Shown here one piece after another: positions 26,101 to 39,384 of a stretch of DNA of 64,000 nucleotides (the first letter of the stretch is position 1; each line of letters begins with the position of its first letter). The notes below the pieces were generated by a model. That model saw only the letters and a program-made list of their open reading frames with translations. It was not told the DNA's origin and ran no database searches. The stretch covers positions 76,012,001 through 76,076,000 of the forward strand of contig NC_043007.1 in assembly GCF_006345805.1 (NCBI RefSeq), in the 5' to 3' direction. The DNA is from Octopus sinensis. Lineage: Eukaryota. The position numbers were made by a program, and so were the translations under genes.

Positions 26101-28480
26101 AAGTCGCCGGGGTTGGATGGTCTGCCCTACGAGTTTTACCAAAGTATGCCGGACTTGTTCGGGGGAATATTGGCAGGCGTCTACACGAACTGGCAGCAGA
26201 ATGGGAGAATTCCCAGTTCTGTAGGCCGGGGAGTGGTGACGCTAATCCAGAAAGACCCGAGCAAGGGGGATAACATTAGTAACTACAGGCCATAACTCTA
26301 CTTAATGTAGAGTTAAAGATTTTGGCCAAGGTGTTGGCAAAAAGGTTGACGGTTGTCGTGGAGAAACTTGTAGGGAGAGCACAGACATGTGCAATTCCAG
26401 GCAGGTCGATCCAGGACAATCTTCACCTTATACGCTACACCTTAGATAGGGTGGGTAAATTAACCGGAAGGGCGGGGGGTAATGGTCCATTTAGACCAAA
26501 GTAAAGCGTTCGATAGGGTAAGACCATGAGTACCTGGCGACGGTCCTCGAAGCGGCTGGACTGGGCCCTGAATTTCGCGGGTGGATCTCCGCTATGTATA
26601 GCGGCATCAAGTCCACCGTCCAGATAAACGGTTACCTAACGGAACCGTTTTCGATCGAATGTTCAGTTCGTCAAGGGTGCCCCTTGTCACCACTTTTGTA
26701 CGTGTTGGCTCTTGAGCCATTGCTGCGAAAGTTGGAGAGGCTGGGAAGTAACTCGGATGAGATCGGAGGTGTGGAGGACGGTTACTGCTTATGCGGATGA
26801 CGTCACCCTCATCGTGTCCAATGAGGCCCAGCTACCTTGTGTGGAAGAGGCTATCAGAGGATACGAGGCGGTGGCAGGAGCAAAGGTTAACAAGGACAAG
26901 TCGGTTGGCTTGCGCCTCGGCACCTGGAGGAGCAAGTCGATATCGTCCAGTGTCGTGGGACACTGGACGGATGGCCCTGTTAAGTGCTAGGAGTTTGGTT
27001 TGGGCCAGACTCCCAAACGGAGAGGAACTGGAGTGAGGTGACGAGCAAGGTGGAGGCCATAGTACGGACCTGGTCCGGAAGGTTTCTGTCCTTGAAGGAA
27101 GGGTGGGGTGGAGGTGGTACAGATGTTCATTGCATCTGTAATCACTTACCGCCTGACCGTTGTCCCTTGCCCCGATTCATGGCTTAGCAAGTTGGAGCGA
27201 ATCCTTTTCCGCTTTTTGTGGAAGGGAGGAAAGCCACTTGTGAGGCGCTCCGTTTGCTGCCAGGAACCGTTAAGGGTGGGTTAGGAATGCCTTGGTTGAT
27301 GATGCGCAGACATGCGTTGAGGCTGAAGCATCTCTGGCACCACCTGGAGTGCTGCCAGGACCGTTAAAGGGTGGGTTAGGAATGCCTTGGTTGATGATGC
27401 GCAGACATGCGTTGAGGGAAGCATCTCTGGCACCACCTGGAGGGTGATAAGGTGTGGAGTCCGCTGGCAGGGGAATTTTTCCCGAGACCGGCCTCCTTAG
27501 TGGATTTTAAACCGGTCGCATCAAAAGATGGAAACTGACTTTATGGCAAAAGGAGTGCCGACAGGCACTCACGCTGATCCACAAGGCGGGCAAGGCCGGC
27601 TGCGGAAATACCACCTCGGTATTTTATAGAAGGCTGGTAGAGGCAAAGAACGACGACGTCCTAGGAGGGGCTCTGGGGTTTGACGAAGACCAGCTTACCA
27701 ACCTGTTTAAAAAGACTTTCAGGACGGGGTACTTGGATAATTCCAAAGATCCCTGGCCTGGCAGTGCTATAGGAATGCTTACCTGTTCGCGAGAAGTTAT
27801 CGCGGCACGGAATTTCAGTGCCACCGACGTGTCCAAGGTGCGAGTTGGACGATGAAACCGTCAGCACGCTTTTGTACACTGTCGGAAGTGTCCGACTTGA
27901 TAAGTTACGCCGCACAATGTTATCGCATCTGGGACGAGTACAGCTGTCGGCTGAGTCTATGATTAAGATGATACCGCCAACTGGACTCTCGAAGGAAGGT
28001 GAGGCATGTTTTCACTGCACGGTTGCAGTAGTAAAAGAATGCATGTGGCGAACAAGAATGGAAGGAGTCGCGATAGGATCCTTTGTCTCGGGCCCCGGCT
28101 TGCTCACTTACTTCAGATATCATCTGAAGAGCAAAATGGGGCTGGAAAAGAGGATCTTACCACGGGGTGTGTATGAGAAAAGATGGAAGGAAGTGGAAAA
28201 AAAGGTGGGTGTCAGAAACCCAGCTTAACTATGGAGGGAGGAGAGGAAACAAAAGCGCGGGCTTTATAAATTGCCGGGGTTTAAAACTTCGGTAAGATCG
28301 AAAGTTTATGAAATGTTATATTATTCTATTGGTCACGTAAAGGACAATTTACAGACGAATTTTTATAATGAATAATCCAAATGTTATGGAAAATTTTTAA
28401 TCGAACCTCTTAACTGTTTTTTGCATGTATGTCCTGTATTTGTCCTTCTATGTAACGATTGTATAATAAATAAAGAAATA
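23182..28480 (+). mobile_element. Tx1-clade LINE, full-length-sized, copy 1 (indel-rich)
   Basis: CFKCGEKGHVRSNC knuckle plus APE and RT motifs; colinear with 32301-37609. Confidence 0.92.
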
Positions 28481-29163
28481 TAGTTCTCAGTCTTTGTGAT
28501 GCACTAACAATTAACTAAATCAGTTACTGTGAAATTTGTATCCAAAGAGTTTTTAGATATTAAAATTTAAAAATTTAGATATTAAATATTAAATTATTAA
28601 ACAGTTTTTACTTTGTTATATTAATTTTAGAATTGTTCCTCTCCCTCAGTCAAAGTTATGACTGCAGGTAAAGTGTGAACAAACAAATATAACAACAATA
28701 GTTTAATAATAAAAAATTTTCACTATAAACAGTAGGCATAGGAGTGGCTGTGTGGTAGTAGTTTGCTTACAAATTGGCGGCGAGCTGGCAGAAACGTTAG
28801 CGCGCCGGGCGAAATGCTTTACGGTATTTCGTCTGCGTTACGTTGTGAGTTCAAATTCCGCCGAGGTCGACTTTGCCTTTCATCCTTTCGGGGTCGATAA
28901 ATTAAGTACCAGTTACGCACTGGGGTCGATATAATCGACTTAATACCTATGTCTGTCCTTGTTTGTCCCCTCTGTGTTTAGCCCCTTGTGGGTAATAAAG
29001 AAATAGGTAAGTAGTTTGCTTACAAACCACATAGTTCTGGATTCAGTCCCACTGCGTGGCACCTTGGGTAAGTGTCTTTACTATAGCCTCAGGCCGACCA
29101 AAGCCTTGTGAGTGGATTGGCTAGACGGAAACTGAAAGAAGCCTATCGTATATATGTATAGTG

Positions 29164-29194
<31 letters not shown>

Positions 29195-31134
29195 ATGTGT
29201 TGGTGTGTGTGTGTGTGGTTGTGTGTCTGAGTTTGTCCCTCCAACATCGCTTAACAACCGATGCTGGTGTATTTACGTCCCCTAACTTAGTGGTTCGGCA
29301 AAAGAGACCGATAGTATAAGTACTAGGCTTACAAGTATAAGTACTGGGGTCGATTTGTTCGATAAAGGCGGTGTTCCAGCAGGGCACAGCCAAATGACTG
29401 AAACAAGTAAAAGAGTAAATGAGTACACCCCACACCACCACCACTATTATCACTATAGTTTCCAGTAACAATGTTCACTTCATTTTATTCGGCTGTTTGT
29501 TTATATCTACTTTTATTGTTGTTGATGTACCACAACTTCGACAATGTAAATGCAATCTTTATTTCTCTCTCTCTCTCTCTCTCCTCCCCATTTCTTTTTC
29601 TTTCTTCTCTCTCTCTTCTTCTCTCTCTCTCTCTCTCTTTCTCTTCTCTCTCTCTCTCTTAATGAAACTTTCTCTCCTGTCTATCTCTCTTTATCTGCCT
29701 TTCTTTAACCTTACCACCAGAACATCACTCTCTGCTAAATATGTATCCTAAACATATCTCTTTCTGTTTACCGTTCCTCCCCACCTTTCGTTAGGGCTGC
29801 TCTCCCAAAAAGGACCTATTTAGCGGGTACGCTTTCCGGTTGCAGTTTAATCGTTCCACAATTTCACCAGACAATGACACGGTTTAATGAAGATTAGTTT
29901 GTCAGTCTGAACAGATATAATAATAATTAACACAATATCAATTTCGTTTTAGTGGTGAAAAATCGTCATTGCTATTGTAAGCCCCGGGAGTAATATAATA
30001 TGTTAGTAACATAGTAACTCTCTTGTATATAATACACTTATGTAAGATATATGACACTTCATCGTAGTTGCACAGTTCAATGTAGTTAGTAGTGTGTGCA
30101 CCAAAACTTGAAATAAACGGCATTGCTAAATGAACTAAAAAAAAGAAATAACGAGAGAAAGGAAAGAACAAGTGAGACTGAAAGAAGCTATCATTATATA
30201 TGTTGTATATATATATATGAGATGTATATATATATATATATATATATATCTTTTACTCTTTTACTTGTTCAGTCATTTGACTGTGGACATGCTGGAGCAC
30301 CGCCTTTAGTCGAGCAAATCGACCCCGGGACTTATTCTTTGTAAGCCCAGTACTTATTCTATCGGTCTCTTTGCCGACCGCTAAGTGACGGGGACGTCGT
30401 AAACACACCAGCATCGGTTGTCAAGCAATGCTGGAAAGGGGGAAAAACACAGACACACAAACACACACACACAAACATAATATATATATATATAAATATA
30501 TAATATATATATATATACATATCTTTTGCTTAAAAAATAGTGTTATAAGAAGTATTGAAAACTCACAAATATTTTGATATAACTTTCACAAACTTCAGAC
30601 GTGGCTGTATAGGACGTGAATCAAATCAATGGACTGACCTATCTAGAAAGAAGACGTTTTACCAGTTGATCTCAATAAAAATGTTGTTTGTCACTCTTCA
30701 CCGTTTTATTTATACTAAAACTGGGAACCAATCCTAGTTCTCAGTCTTTGTGATGCACTAACAATTAACTAAATCAGTTACTGTTGAATTTTGTATCCAA
30801 AGAGTTTTAGAGTTTAAAAATTTAGATATTAAATATTAAATTATAAAAAGTGTTTACTTTGTTATATTAATTAGAATTGTTCATGAAAATCAAAGTTATG
30901 AACTGCAGGTAAAGTGTGAACAAACAAATATAACAACAATAGTTTAATAATAAAAAAAATTCTTTTCACTATAAACAGTAGGCATAGGAGTGGCTGTGTG
31001 GTAAGTAGTTTGCTTACAAATTGGCGGCGAACTTTCATCTGCGTTTTGAGAAATTTGCTGCCTTTTGTTGAGAGAGTTCGATTTTTTGCTCATCGTTGTT
31101 TGTGTTAATTGTTAATTAATAATAATAATAATAA

Positions 31135-32300
31135 TAATTGTGTACAGTGCTCAGGTGCACTACAACTCATCTAAAGTGTATATATAATCAGGTGAAGTTT
31201 CGGCGGATTTCGGAAAGCATGAGGGCCTTAAAAGATGCAGTGTCATGGCAGTCAACAACTGACGCAGGCAGTTTATTCCATGCTTCAGCAACTCTGAGCG
31301 TGAAAAAATGTTTCCGAAAGTCATGGGAGCTGTATTGTTTTCTGACTTTGTAGGCATGTCCACGTGGTGTTAGACACATGGAGATCAAAAAGGTGTTCAG
31401 TGTTGTTGTTGGTGAGGTGGTTGATAACTTTGTGGGTGTTTACCAAGTCCGTCGCCAAACGCCGGAGCTTCAGTGAATCCATGCCCAGGGAAACAAGGCG
31501 CTCAGAATATGGTAGGTGTCTGATGGAGGGTATGCGTTTGGTTGCACGTCTCTGGACAGATTCCAGGAGGTCAATGTTCTGTGCAAGATAGGGGTTCCAA
31601 ACTGATGATGCGAATTCCAAGTGTGGTCGTACCATAGCTGTATACAGTTTTAAATAGATGGCTGGAGAGCGGCTAACAAAAGACCTGCTGAGTGATGCCA
31701 AGACACCTCGGCCTTCCTGACAATCTTAGAGATATGCTTTGACCAACGCAGATCACTGCTGACAGTGATGCCTAGGTCACGCTCGCAAGAGGATTTCTTG
31801 ATATCAGTGTTGTGGAGGGAGTATGTGAACGCAGGGTTTTTCTCCCAAAATGCATGGTGGTACACTTGTCCACAGCCAGTTTCAGTTGCCAGTCTGTGAT
31901 CCATTGCTGCATTGTGTCTAGGTCTGATTGCAGGAAAGAGTTGTAGACATCAGGATCTGTCCTCTTGATTTCAAGGTACAGCTTGATGTCGTCTGCATAT
32001 TTCAATACTGTGGCATTCTTTAAATTGGCATCTATGTCGTTAATGTATGCCACAAACAGAGGGGCCAAGGACAGATCCCTGTGGTACACCCGATGACATC
32101 TCATATGGTGTAGAGTGCTGTCCTAGAACTGTGACTACCTCCTTTCGGCTGAGGATGAAGGATTTCAACCAGTTAAAAAGGTCATCCCCCACACCCATTG
32201 CAGAGAGTTTCACCATAAGCCTTTTGTGTGGCACAGAGTTGAAAGCCTTAGCAAAGTCAAGGTAGACAACATCCACCCATGAGCCACTGTCAGTGCCCGT
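31135..32300 (-). pseudogene. CR1-group LINE 3' fragment with (ATT)n tail (copy 2)
   Basis: MDVVYLDFAKAFNSVPHKRL, SGVPQGSVLGP, KYADDIKLY, MVRPHLEFASSVWNP, LESVQRRATK, FFTLRVAEAWNKLP. Confidence 0.9.
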
Positions 32301-32393
32301 TGTGTAACGGTAATTTTCGCCCTACGGGGCAGAAAATTCTGTATTTAATATTGTTATTACCTTCGAAGGTAATTGTTGAAACATTTTTGAGAA

Positions 32394-33827
32394 ATGGATT
32401 TCGACTTGGCGTCGAAGAATGATTTTCCCGCGATGGGAACAAGTGAATTAAAGGACACTGAAGTAACAAAACAGTCTTTTTCGGCCGCGGTAGGCGGAAC
32501 CATGATGGACGTTGAATTCAAGATCGAACAACTGTTCGAATTTAGGAACTTGGTGAAAATGGAAGGAAACGAAATCAAACTTGTACCGCCGCAAGCGAAG
32601 GTACAAGAAATAAAGGAAAAAACAGTTATATACAAAGTGTATAACTACAAAGAAAAGAAAATTATGGACGTCAGAAACGAAATGGTCGAAAAGTGCTTGT
32701 CCCCGTGTGGGACAAAATTCGCCATGTCGTTCGAGGTGCTCGCAGCGCTACTGTTGAAGCACATTTTGACTCGGCTGAGGTAGCAAGAGAGGTGTCATCA
32801 TTGACCCTGAAAAATGATGATATCATGCTGCTACCCTCGTATATGGGGAAAAGAACAGCTAAACTGCTGGTAGAGGACATACCGAGAGGGTATGATATAA
32901 TGTGGGTAGCAGCGGCGGTCCTGCACAATGTAGAGCGGGAAATTTCGATTCTGCAGATGAGAAGGAAAGAGAGGTACGCTGGAAGGGACAGACGCTGGAA
33001 CTCCTCGTTCAGGCAGAAAACAAGATATTGGAGAACCTGCCCGATAGGATATTTAACGAAGATGGAACGTCCATGAGAGTGTCAGTGGAGGGGCGCAGAC
33101 CTAGGTGTTTTAAATGTGGCGAGAAGGGTCACGTCCGCTCGAACTGCTTTAAAAAAAAGAAAACCAACGAAGCCCCTCCTCAAAGTGCTTCTAACACTGA
33201 AGGGGAGAAGGCGGAAAAAGAAAACAAGACGACGACAAGCAAAGAAACAGAAACGGAGGATTGTATCGAACAAATGGATTACACACAGGTGACACACAAA
33301 AGAAAAAAAGACAACACCCTGGACTCCCCTCCCCAAACAAGGAAAAAATCAGCAAGCACCGCAGACATACACACAAAGCAAATTCCCCAGCCCTACCCCA
33401 TGGCACTGTATTCATTGGGAAACAGTTTGCCAAGCCCCTCCCCATAAAACAAGATGTAAAAAAGTCTTTAAAAAAAAATGATAAGATCATTGCTTTTGAT
33501 GAAAAAAACGAAAGGGTATATAAATACTATAAATTTTCAAAATTTAAACTATTTAGCAAGGCTACAGACATAAAAGCTACCACTCGCTTCGCAAAAATAA
33601 AGGAAGACGAGTGGAAGGAGGAAATACTACAAGAACATCTAAAGAATAGACTGATTAGAGATGTAACAAAAGAAGTACTGGAGGGTAAACTTGTTATAAC
33701 CCCGGCAACCACACCTACCCAGAGCCCGGTGGCAACGCCGGTTAAGAGCCCTGCGGCTACGACCACAAGGGAGGAAGAAGGGGAAGCGGGCAGATTTAAA
33801 CTGTCATGCTCCCTTTCTCAACCGTAA
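32394..33827 (+). pseudogene. Tx1 ORF1 (gag-like, single CCHC zinc knuckle), frameshifted
   Basis: Overlapping ORFs 32394, 32693, 32902 and 33261 join into one protein; RCFKCGEKGHVRSNC. Confidence 0.85.
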
Positions 33828-33854
33828 GTTCATTTATTTTTTCTCTCACCGACA

Positions 33855-36800
33855 ATGGCTAAGCTGGGTTGTGTGAATGTACGTGGAATGGGGACGAAAT
33901 GGAAACAAATTTGTTTCCTGAACGACCTCACGACACATGGAGTAGACATAGCTATTGCAACCGAGTCCAAGATGAACGAGGCCCAAGCGTTCTCGCCTCT
34001 TCTAAATGGGTTCGAGAAATTTATTTCTCCTAGCCGAGGAAGAGGCAGAGGCGTGGCAGTCCTTATCAGGAAGAGCTTGGACTTGCAGGTAAGTACTGTC
34101 TTTCTGGACCCAGAAGGCAGGCTGGTTGTTCTGGATGTGACCCACGTAAGTAAACAGTCCTTCAGGTTGGTGCTGTCTACGCTCCGAACGAGGGTAGACA
34201 GACGGGTTTTTTTCGGAACCTGGAGCCCTTTTTAGCGACGTCGAAAACGGTAATCCTAGTAGGGGACTTTAACACTGTCCTTGAAGCGCGGGTCGACAGT
34301 GTTGGCTCAACCAATAGGAAGGGGAACCCTAGCCTCAAGGGTCTACTAGAGAGCTTTGATCTAGTGGACCGTTACCGACTGGATGAGCCGAGCGTTCCAC
34401 AGTGGACGTGGAGTAACAACGACGGCTCACACAGATCGTATTTAGATAGGATATTTATTAAGAAAAGAGATAAGGATACGTTTAGTTGTCCACAGTTTCA
34501 CATTGTGCCTTACACGGATCACAAATTTGTGACGTGTAGGATGCAATTAGACAAGTGTCATAGACAGGGACCCGGGTACTGGAAGCTGAACAAGGCTATT
34601 TTGAATTGTGAAGACTTCCGTACCCGGATTAAGGTGTTAGTACAGAGGGCATTGTGTGGCACCATCATTAACAATAGATGGTGGCACTCCCTCAAAAGAG
34701 CCATTCGTTCAGAGTCCATTAGATTTAGCAATCAGCTAAGGTTAGATAGGTCTAGGATAGAGGACGATTTAGTTAAGAATCTAAACGAGGCAATGGAAGC
34801 TGGCTCTGCACCCGGAGTGATGGCGGCAAGGACGGTATTGTACCGTCACCTTAACTCCAAACACGAAGGTTGCAGAGTCAGAGCTAAGCTACGCGCTGGA
34901 AAACGAGAAGGTATTAACGTTGCCGGATGGGCCCGTCGAGTGGAGAGTCAGAGAGGTAACAAAGCCTCAATCAAGTCTTTAACTGACGAACAGGGACAAA
35001 AGATCTATGGACAGGAGGAGATGCAAAAGTTTCTTCACCAGCATTTCGCCCGCGTGTTCGGGGGTGGTGCGGCGCCGGAGCGGGGGAGGACCTTAAAGGA
35101 CTTCCTGGCCGGCGGACCGCGGCTCTCGGGGCGTGAGGTGGAGTGCTGTGAAGAAGCGATCACTCCCGCGGAGATAGAGGGGATACTGGCCGGATGCGCC
35201 GGGGAGAAGTCGCCGGGGAGAAGTCGCCGGGGTTGGATGGTCTGCCCTACGAGTTTTACCAAAGTATGCCGGACTTGTTCGGGGGAATATTGGCAGGCGT
35301 CTACACGAACTGGCAGCAGAATGGGAGAATTCCCAGTTCTGTAGGCCGGGGAGTGGTGACGCTAATCCAGAAAGACCCGAGCAAGGGGGATAACATTAGT
35401 AACTACAGGCCCATAACTCTACTTAATGTAGAGTTAAAGATTTTGGCCAAGGTGTTGGCAAAAAGGTTGACGGTTGTCGTGGAGAAACTTGTAGGGAGAG
35501 CACAGACATGTGCAATTCCAGGCAGGTCGATCCAGGACAATCTTCACCTTATACGCTACACCTTAGATAGGGTGGGTAAATTAACCGGCAAGGGCGGGGT
35601 AATGGTCCATTTAGACCAAAGTAAAGCGTTCGATAGGGTAGACCATGAGTACCTGGCGACGGTCCTCGAAGCGGCTGGACTGGGCCCTGAATTTCGCGGG
35701 TGGATCTCCGCTATGTATAGCGGCATCAAGTCCACCGTCCAGATAAACGGTTACCATAACGAACCGTTTTCGATCGAATGTTCAGTTCGTCAAGGGTGCC
35801 CCTTGTCACCACTTTTGTACGTGTTGGCTCTTGAGCCATTGCTGCGAAAGTTGGAGAGGCTGGGAAGTAACTCGGATGAGATCGGAGGTGGGAGGACGGT
35901 TACTGCTTATGCGGATGACGTCACCCTCATCGTGTCCAATGAGGCCCAGCTACCTTGTGTGGAAGAGGCTATCAGAGGATACGAGGCGGTGGCAGGAGCA
36001 AAGGTTAACAAGGACAAGTCGGTTGGCTTGCGCCTCGGCACCTGGAGGAGCAAGTCGATATCGTCCAGTGTCGTGGGACACTGGACGGATGGCCCTGTTA
36101 AGTTGCTAGGAGTTTGGTTTGGGCCAGACTCCCAAACGGAGAGGAACTGGAGTGAGGTGACGAGCAAGGTGGAGGCCATAGTACGGACCTGGTCCGGAAG
36201 GTTTCTGTCCTTGAAAGGAAGGGTGGAGGTGGTACAGATGTTCATTGCATCTGTAATCACTTACCGCCTGACCGTTGTCCCTTGCCCCGATTCATGGCTT
36301 AGCAAGTTGGAGCGAATCCTTTTCCGCTTTTTGTGGAAGGGAGGAAAGCCACTTGTGAGGCGCTCCGTTTGCTGCCAGGAACCGTTAAAGGGTGGGTTAG
36401 GAATGCCTTGGTTGATGATGCGCAGACATGCGTTGAGGCTGAAGCATCTCTGGCACCACCTGGAGTGCTGCCAGGAACCGTTAAAGGGTGGGTTAGGAAT
36501 GCCTTGGTTGATGATGCGCAGACATGCGTTGAGGCTGAAGCATCTCTGGCACCACCTGGAGGGTGATAAGGTGTGGAGTCCGCTGGCAGGGGAATTTTTC
36601 CCGAGACCGGCCTCCTTAGTGGATTTTAAACCCGGTCGCATCAAAAGATGGAAACTGACTTTATGGCAAAAGGAGTGCCGACAGGCACTCACGCTGATCC
36701 ACAAGGCGGGCAAGGCCGGCTGCGGAAATACCACCTCGGTATTTTATAGAAGGCTGGTAGAGGCAAAGAACGACGACGTCCTAGGAGGGGCTCTGGGGTT

Positions 36801-37353
36801 TGACGAAGACCAGCTTACCAACCTGTTTAAAAAGACTTTCAGGACGGGGTACTTGGATAATTTCCAAAGATCCCTGGCCTGGCAGTGCTATAGGAATGCT
36901 TTACCTGTTCGCGAGAAGTTATCGCGGCACGGAATTTCAGTGCCACCGACGTGTCCAAGGTGCGAGTTGGACGATGAAACCGTCCAGCACGCTTTTGTAC
37001 ACTGTCGGAAGTTGTCCGACTTGATAAGTTACGCAGAACACGTGTTATCGCATCTGGGACGAGTACAGCTGTCGGCTGAGTCTATGATTAAGATGATACC
37101 GCCAACTGGACTCTCGAAGGAAGGTGAGGCATGTTTTCACTGCACGGTTGCAGTAGTAAAAGAATGCATGTGGCGAACAAGAATGGAAGGAGTCGCGATA
37201 GGATCCTTTGTCTCGGGCCCCGGCTTGCTCACTTACTTCAGATATCATCTGAAGAGCAAAATGGGGCTGGAAAAGAGGATCTTACCACGGGGTGTGTATG
37301 AGAAAAGATGGAAGGAAGTGGAAAAAAAGGTGGGTGTCAGAAACCCAGCTTAA
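33855..37353 (+). pseudogene. Tx1 ORF2 (APE-RT-zinc finger), frameshifted
   Basis: GCVNVRG, LVGDFN, YLDRIF, TDHK, GYWKLN, SPGLDGLPYEFY, NYRPITLLN, LDQSKAFDRVDH, VRQGCPLSPLLY, AYADDV, CPRC..ETVQHAFVHC. Confidence 0.93.
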
Positions 37354-37854
37354 CTATGGAGGGAGGAGAGGAAACAAAAGCTGCGGGGCCTTATAAATTG
37401 CCGGGGTTTAAAACTTCGGTAAGATCGAAAGTTTATGAAATGTTATATTATTCTATTGGTCACGTAAAGGACAATTTACAGACGAATTTTTATAATGAAT
37501 AATCCAAATGTTATGGAAAATTTTTAATCGAACCTCTTAACTGTTTTTTGCATGTATGTCCTGTATTTGTCCTTCTATGTAACGATTGTATAATCATAAT
37601 AAAGAAATATAGTTCTCAGTCTTTGTGATGCACTAACAATTAACTAAATCAGTTACTGTTGAATTTTGTATCCAAAGAGTTTTAGAGTTTAAAAATTTAG
37701 ATATTAAATATTAAATTATAAAAAGTGTTTACTTTGTTATATTAATTAGAATTGTTCATGAAAATCAAAGTTATGAACTGCAGGTAAAGTGTGAACAAAC
37801 AAATATAACAACAATAGTTTAATAATAAAAAAATTCTTTTCACTATAAACAGTA

Positions 37855-38286
37855 GGCATAGGAGTGGCTGTGTGGTAAGTAGTTTGCTTACAAATTGGCG
37901 GCGAGCTGGCAGAAACGTTAGCGCGCCGGGCGAAATGCTTTACGGTATTTCGTCTGCGTTACGTTGTGAGTTCAAATTCCGCCGAGGTCGACTTTGCCTT
38001 TCATCCTTTCGGGGTCGATAAATTAAGTACCAGTTACGCACTGGGGTCGATATAATCGACTTAATACCTATGTCTGTCCTTGTTTGTCCCCTCTGTGTTT
38101 AGCCCCTTGTGGGTAATAAAGAAATAGGTAAGTAGTTTGCTTACAAACCACATAGTTCTGGATTCAGTCCCACTGCGTGGCACCTTGGGTAAGTGTCTTC
38201 TACTATAGCCTCAGGCCGACCAAAGCCTTGTGAGTGGATTTGCTAGACGGAAACTGAAAGAAGCCTATCGTATATATGTATATGTG

Positions 38287-38346
<60 letters not shown>

Positions 38347-38545
38347 TGTGTCTGAGTTTGTCCCTCCAACATCGCTTAACAACCGATGCTGGTGTATTTA
38401 CGTCCCCGTAACTTAGTGGTTCGGCAAAAGAGACCGATAGTATAAGTACTAGGCTTACAAGTATAAGTACTGGGGTCGATTTGTTCGACTAAAGGCGGTG
38501 TTCCAGCAGGGCACAGCCAAATGACTGAAACAAGTAAAAGAGTAA
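37855..38545 (+). mobile_element. SINE family D (37895-38126) inserted in the head of a SINE A with a 21-bp TSD; also at ~11760-12470 and ~28735-29415
   Basis: ggtaagtagtttgcttacaaa at 37874-37894 and 38127-38147 flanks ttggcggcgagctggcagaaacg...gtaataaagaaata. Confidence 0.85.
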
Positions 38546-39384
38546 ATGAGTACACCCCACCACCACCACCACTATTATCACTATAGTTTCCAGTAACAAT
38601 GTTCACTTCATTTTATTTCGGCTGTTTGTTTATATCTACTTTTATTGTTGTTGATGTACCACAACTTCGACAATGTAAATGCAATCTTTATTTCTCTCTC
38701 TCTCTCTCTCTCCTCCCCATTTCTTTTTCTTTCTCTCTCTCTCTCTCTTTCTCTCTCTCTCCTCTCTTTTCTCTCTCTCTCTCTCTTAATGAAACTTTCT
38801 CTCCTGTCTATCTCTCTTTATCTGCCTTTCTTTAACCTTACCACCAGAACATCACTCTCTGCTAAATATTGTATCCTAAACATATCTCTTTCTGTTTACC
38901 GTTCCCTCCCCCACCTTTCGTTAGGGCTGCTCTCCCAAAAAGGACCTATTTAGCGGGTACGCTTTCCGGTTGCAGTTTAATCCGTTCCACAATTTCACCA
39001 GACAATGACACGGTTTAATGAAGATTAGTTTGTCAGTCTGAAACAGATAAATAATAATTAACACAATATCAATTTCGTTTTAGTGTGTGAAAAATCGTCA
39101 TTGCTATTGTAAGCCCCGGGAGTAATATAATATGTTAGTAACATAGTAACTCTCTTGTATATAATACACATTATGTAAGATATATGACACTTCATCGTAG
39201 TTGCACAGTTCAATGTAGTTAGTGTGTGCACCAAAACTTGAAATAAACGGCATTGCATAAATGAACTAAAAAAAAGAAATAACGAGAGAAAGGAAAGAAC
39301 AAGTGAGACTGAAAGAAGCCTATCATATATATGTGTATATATATATATATGTATGTATATATATATATATATATAATATATATC

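Larger units (their letters stand above)
21410..30500 (+). repeat. ~9.1-kb tandem duplication unit, copy 1
   Basis: Colinear with 30520-39600; differences are mostly 1-bp indels. Confidence 0.95.
32301..37609 (+). mobile_element. Tx1-clade (L1 superfamily) LINE, apparently full length, copy 2
   Basis: Two ORFs, ~93-nt 5' UTR, ~255-nt 3' UTR ending taataaagaaata. Confidence 0.93.

Noticed and set aside
23182-28480. Treating the two Tx1 copies as independent insertions
   Set aside because: Identical flanks, cargo and internal duplications show one insertion duplicated, or assembled twice.
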